Part shown: positions 62,901-64,000 of the stretch, piece after piece
Numbering within the stretch: position 1 is the stretch's first letter
How the letters are laid out: the number at the start of each line of letters is the position of its first letter
Origin: Candidatus Latescibacterota bacterium
GTDB lineage: Bacteria > Latescibacterota > UBA2968
Reading direction: 5' to 3'
DNA: 64,000 nt
Assembly: GCA_965198115.1 (NCBI GenBank)
Contig: OZ240241.1
Coordinates: forward strand, 384,001-448,000
Made by a program: the position numbers and the translations under genes
The notes under the pieces: model-generated
Told to the model about the DNA's origin: nothing
Databases searched by the model: none
Seen by the model: only the letters and a program-made list of their open reading frames with translations

Positions 62901-64000
62901 ATGATCTGGGTCGTTCGATTGATACTGACGATGGCGTTCATCGGTACCGCGATGGTCGGCGGATATGTGATCATCCGTGACGCCCGAGACAAGGTGCACC
63001 GGCTTTTCGGGCTGATCGCGCTCAGCGCGCTCGGATGGATGTTCACGAGCCTCGTCCACGCTTGGGACCCGGACCACCTGTTCCATTCGCCCCCTCTCTG
63101 GGGCCCTGCGGGCGGATTCTTTTCCACGTGGGTTATCCCGATCGCCGTGCACTTCGTCCTGCACTTTCCGAAGCCCCTCCGACCCGTGAGAGGATGGCAC
63201 CTGGCTCTCCTCTACGTGCCGACCACCTTCCTGGCTTTCAGCTGGCTGACGGGCGGGATGGTCGACTACTCGGGGTGGCCAGACGAAGGAGGCCGGCCGA
63301 CGCGTCTGTCCTCCGCGCTGGTCGTGTGGATCGCACTCCTGGTTCCTTCGTCGATCGCCCTGATGCTGCTGAAGCTTCGCAGAATCAAGCACGCGGTCGA
63401 GCGGAACCAGATGAAAACGGTGATCATCGGGTTCTCTCTGAGCGCATCGCTGTGCCTCACCACGGCCGGCATTCTGCCGCTCCTGGGTTTCAACGCGCTG
63501 TCGCCCGTCAGCTCTGCCTTCTTCCTGATCTGGATCGAGTGTACGGCCTTCGCGATCGTTCGGTTCGGGCTGTTTCACTCCGCGGTCACGAAAGTCCGTT
63601 CACGATCACTCTCCCACAAGCTTCAGGTTTCGCTCGGTCTGATCATCGTGGTTCTGTTCTTCTCCGTACAGTTTCCGCTGATCGTCTACCTGACGCCGGG
63701 CGATCAGCCGTTCGAGTGGTGGTGGCAGATGGGGCTGCTGGTCCTGGGCGCTCAGGTTCTTCAAGGTCTGCTGATCGGACTCGCTTTCTGGAAGTTGCGG
63801 CTCCGTTGAAGCGATTGACCGAATCCTCCGGCCGGATCGCCGATGGCGCGCTGGGCGAGCGTGTTCACGTTCACGGGGACGAATCGAGAGTGATTGCGCG
63901 CTATCGTGGGCGTGACGAGATGGACGAGCTCGCTGAGACCTTCAACCGGATGTCGTCCACTTTGGAAAGGAACTTCAGCGATCTGGAGAGTCTGAACACG
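62901..64000 (+). CDS. Membrane sensor (HisKA_7TM-like) with HAMP domain, frameshift near 63800, runs off the window
   Basis: Multi-TM N-terminus; continues in another frame as PLKRLTESSGRIADG...DEMDELAETFNRM. Confidence 0.72.

Overview
Bacterial window (GC-rich), probably from Candidatus Latescibacterota; this is inferred from repeated DxDGDGxVGFxD dockerin/EF-hand-like tails and a Reg_prop/Y_Y_Y sensor kinase. By my tally about 23 kb (about 36%) is insertion sequence: five copies of one IS256-family element, five of one ISL3, two IS1380, two IS1182, three IS630-family, one IS3 fragment, a second IS256-family element and a CTAG-targeting MITE. Many are nested, fused or truncated. Between them lie metabolic and regulatory genes (TIM-barrel isomerase, BCCT transporter, hybrid sensor kinase, M20 peptidase, sialidase-like and GH-like propellers, alpha/beta hydrolase, PcfJ-like protein, S8 peptidase, a sigma54-driven ICMT/kinase operon), many of them frameshifted. 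The centre (31.6-46.5 kb) holds an intact tRNA-Leu(TAA), two orphan tRNA 3' halves (att-like) and remnants of phage/satellite-like elements with no integrase visible. The most notable feature is a large polyvalent protein fused to a DarB-like N6-adenine methyltransferase. It carries an embedded copy of a type I restriction HsdR C-terminal domain (a candidate anti-restriction decoy), a small gene overprinted in its linker, and a PriCT-1 tail. A second pattern is the repeated 5' promoter module and 3' tail of the sensor kinase, which bracket unrelated genes like cassettes. No CRISPR array, rRNA, reverse transcriptase or integrase was seen. Family assignments come from motif recognition, not database searches, and some frameshifts could be sequencing errors.
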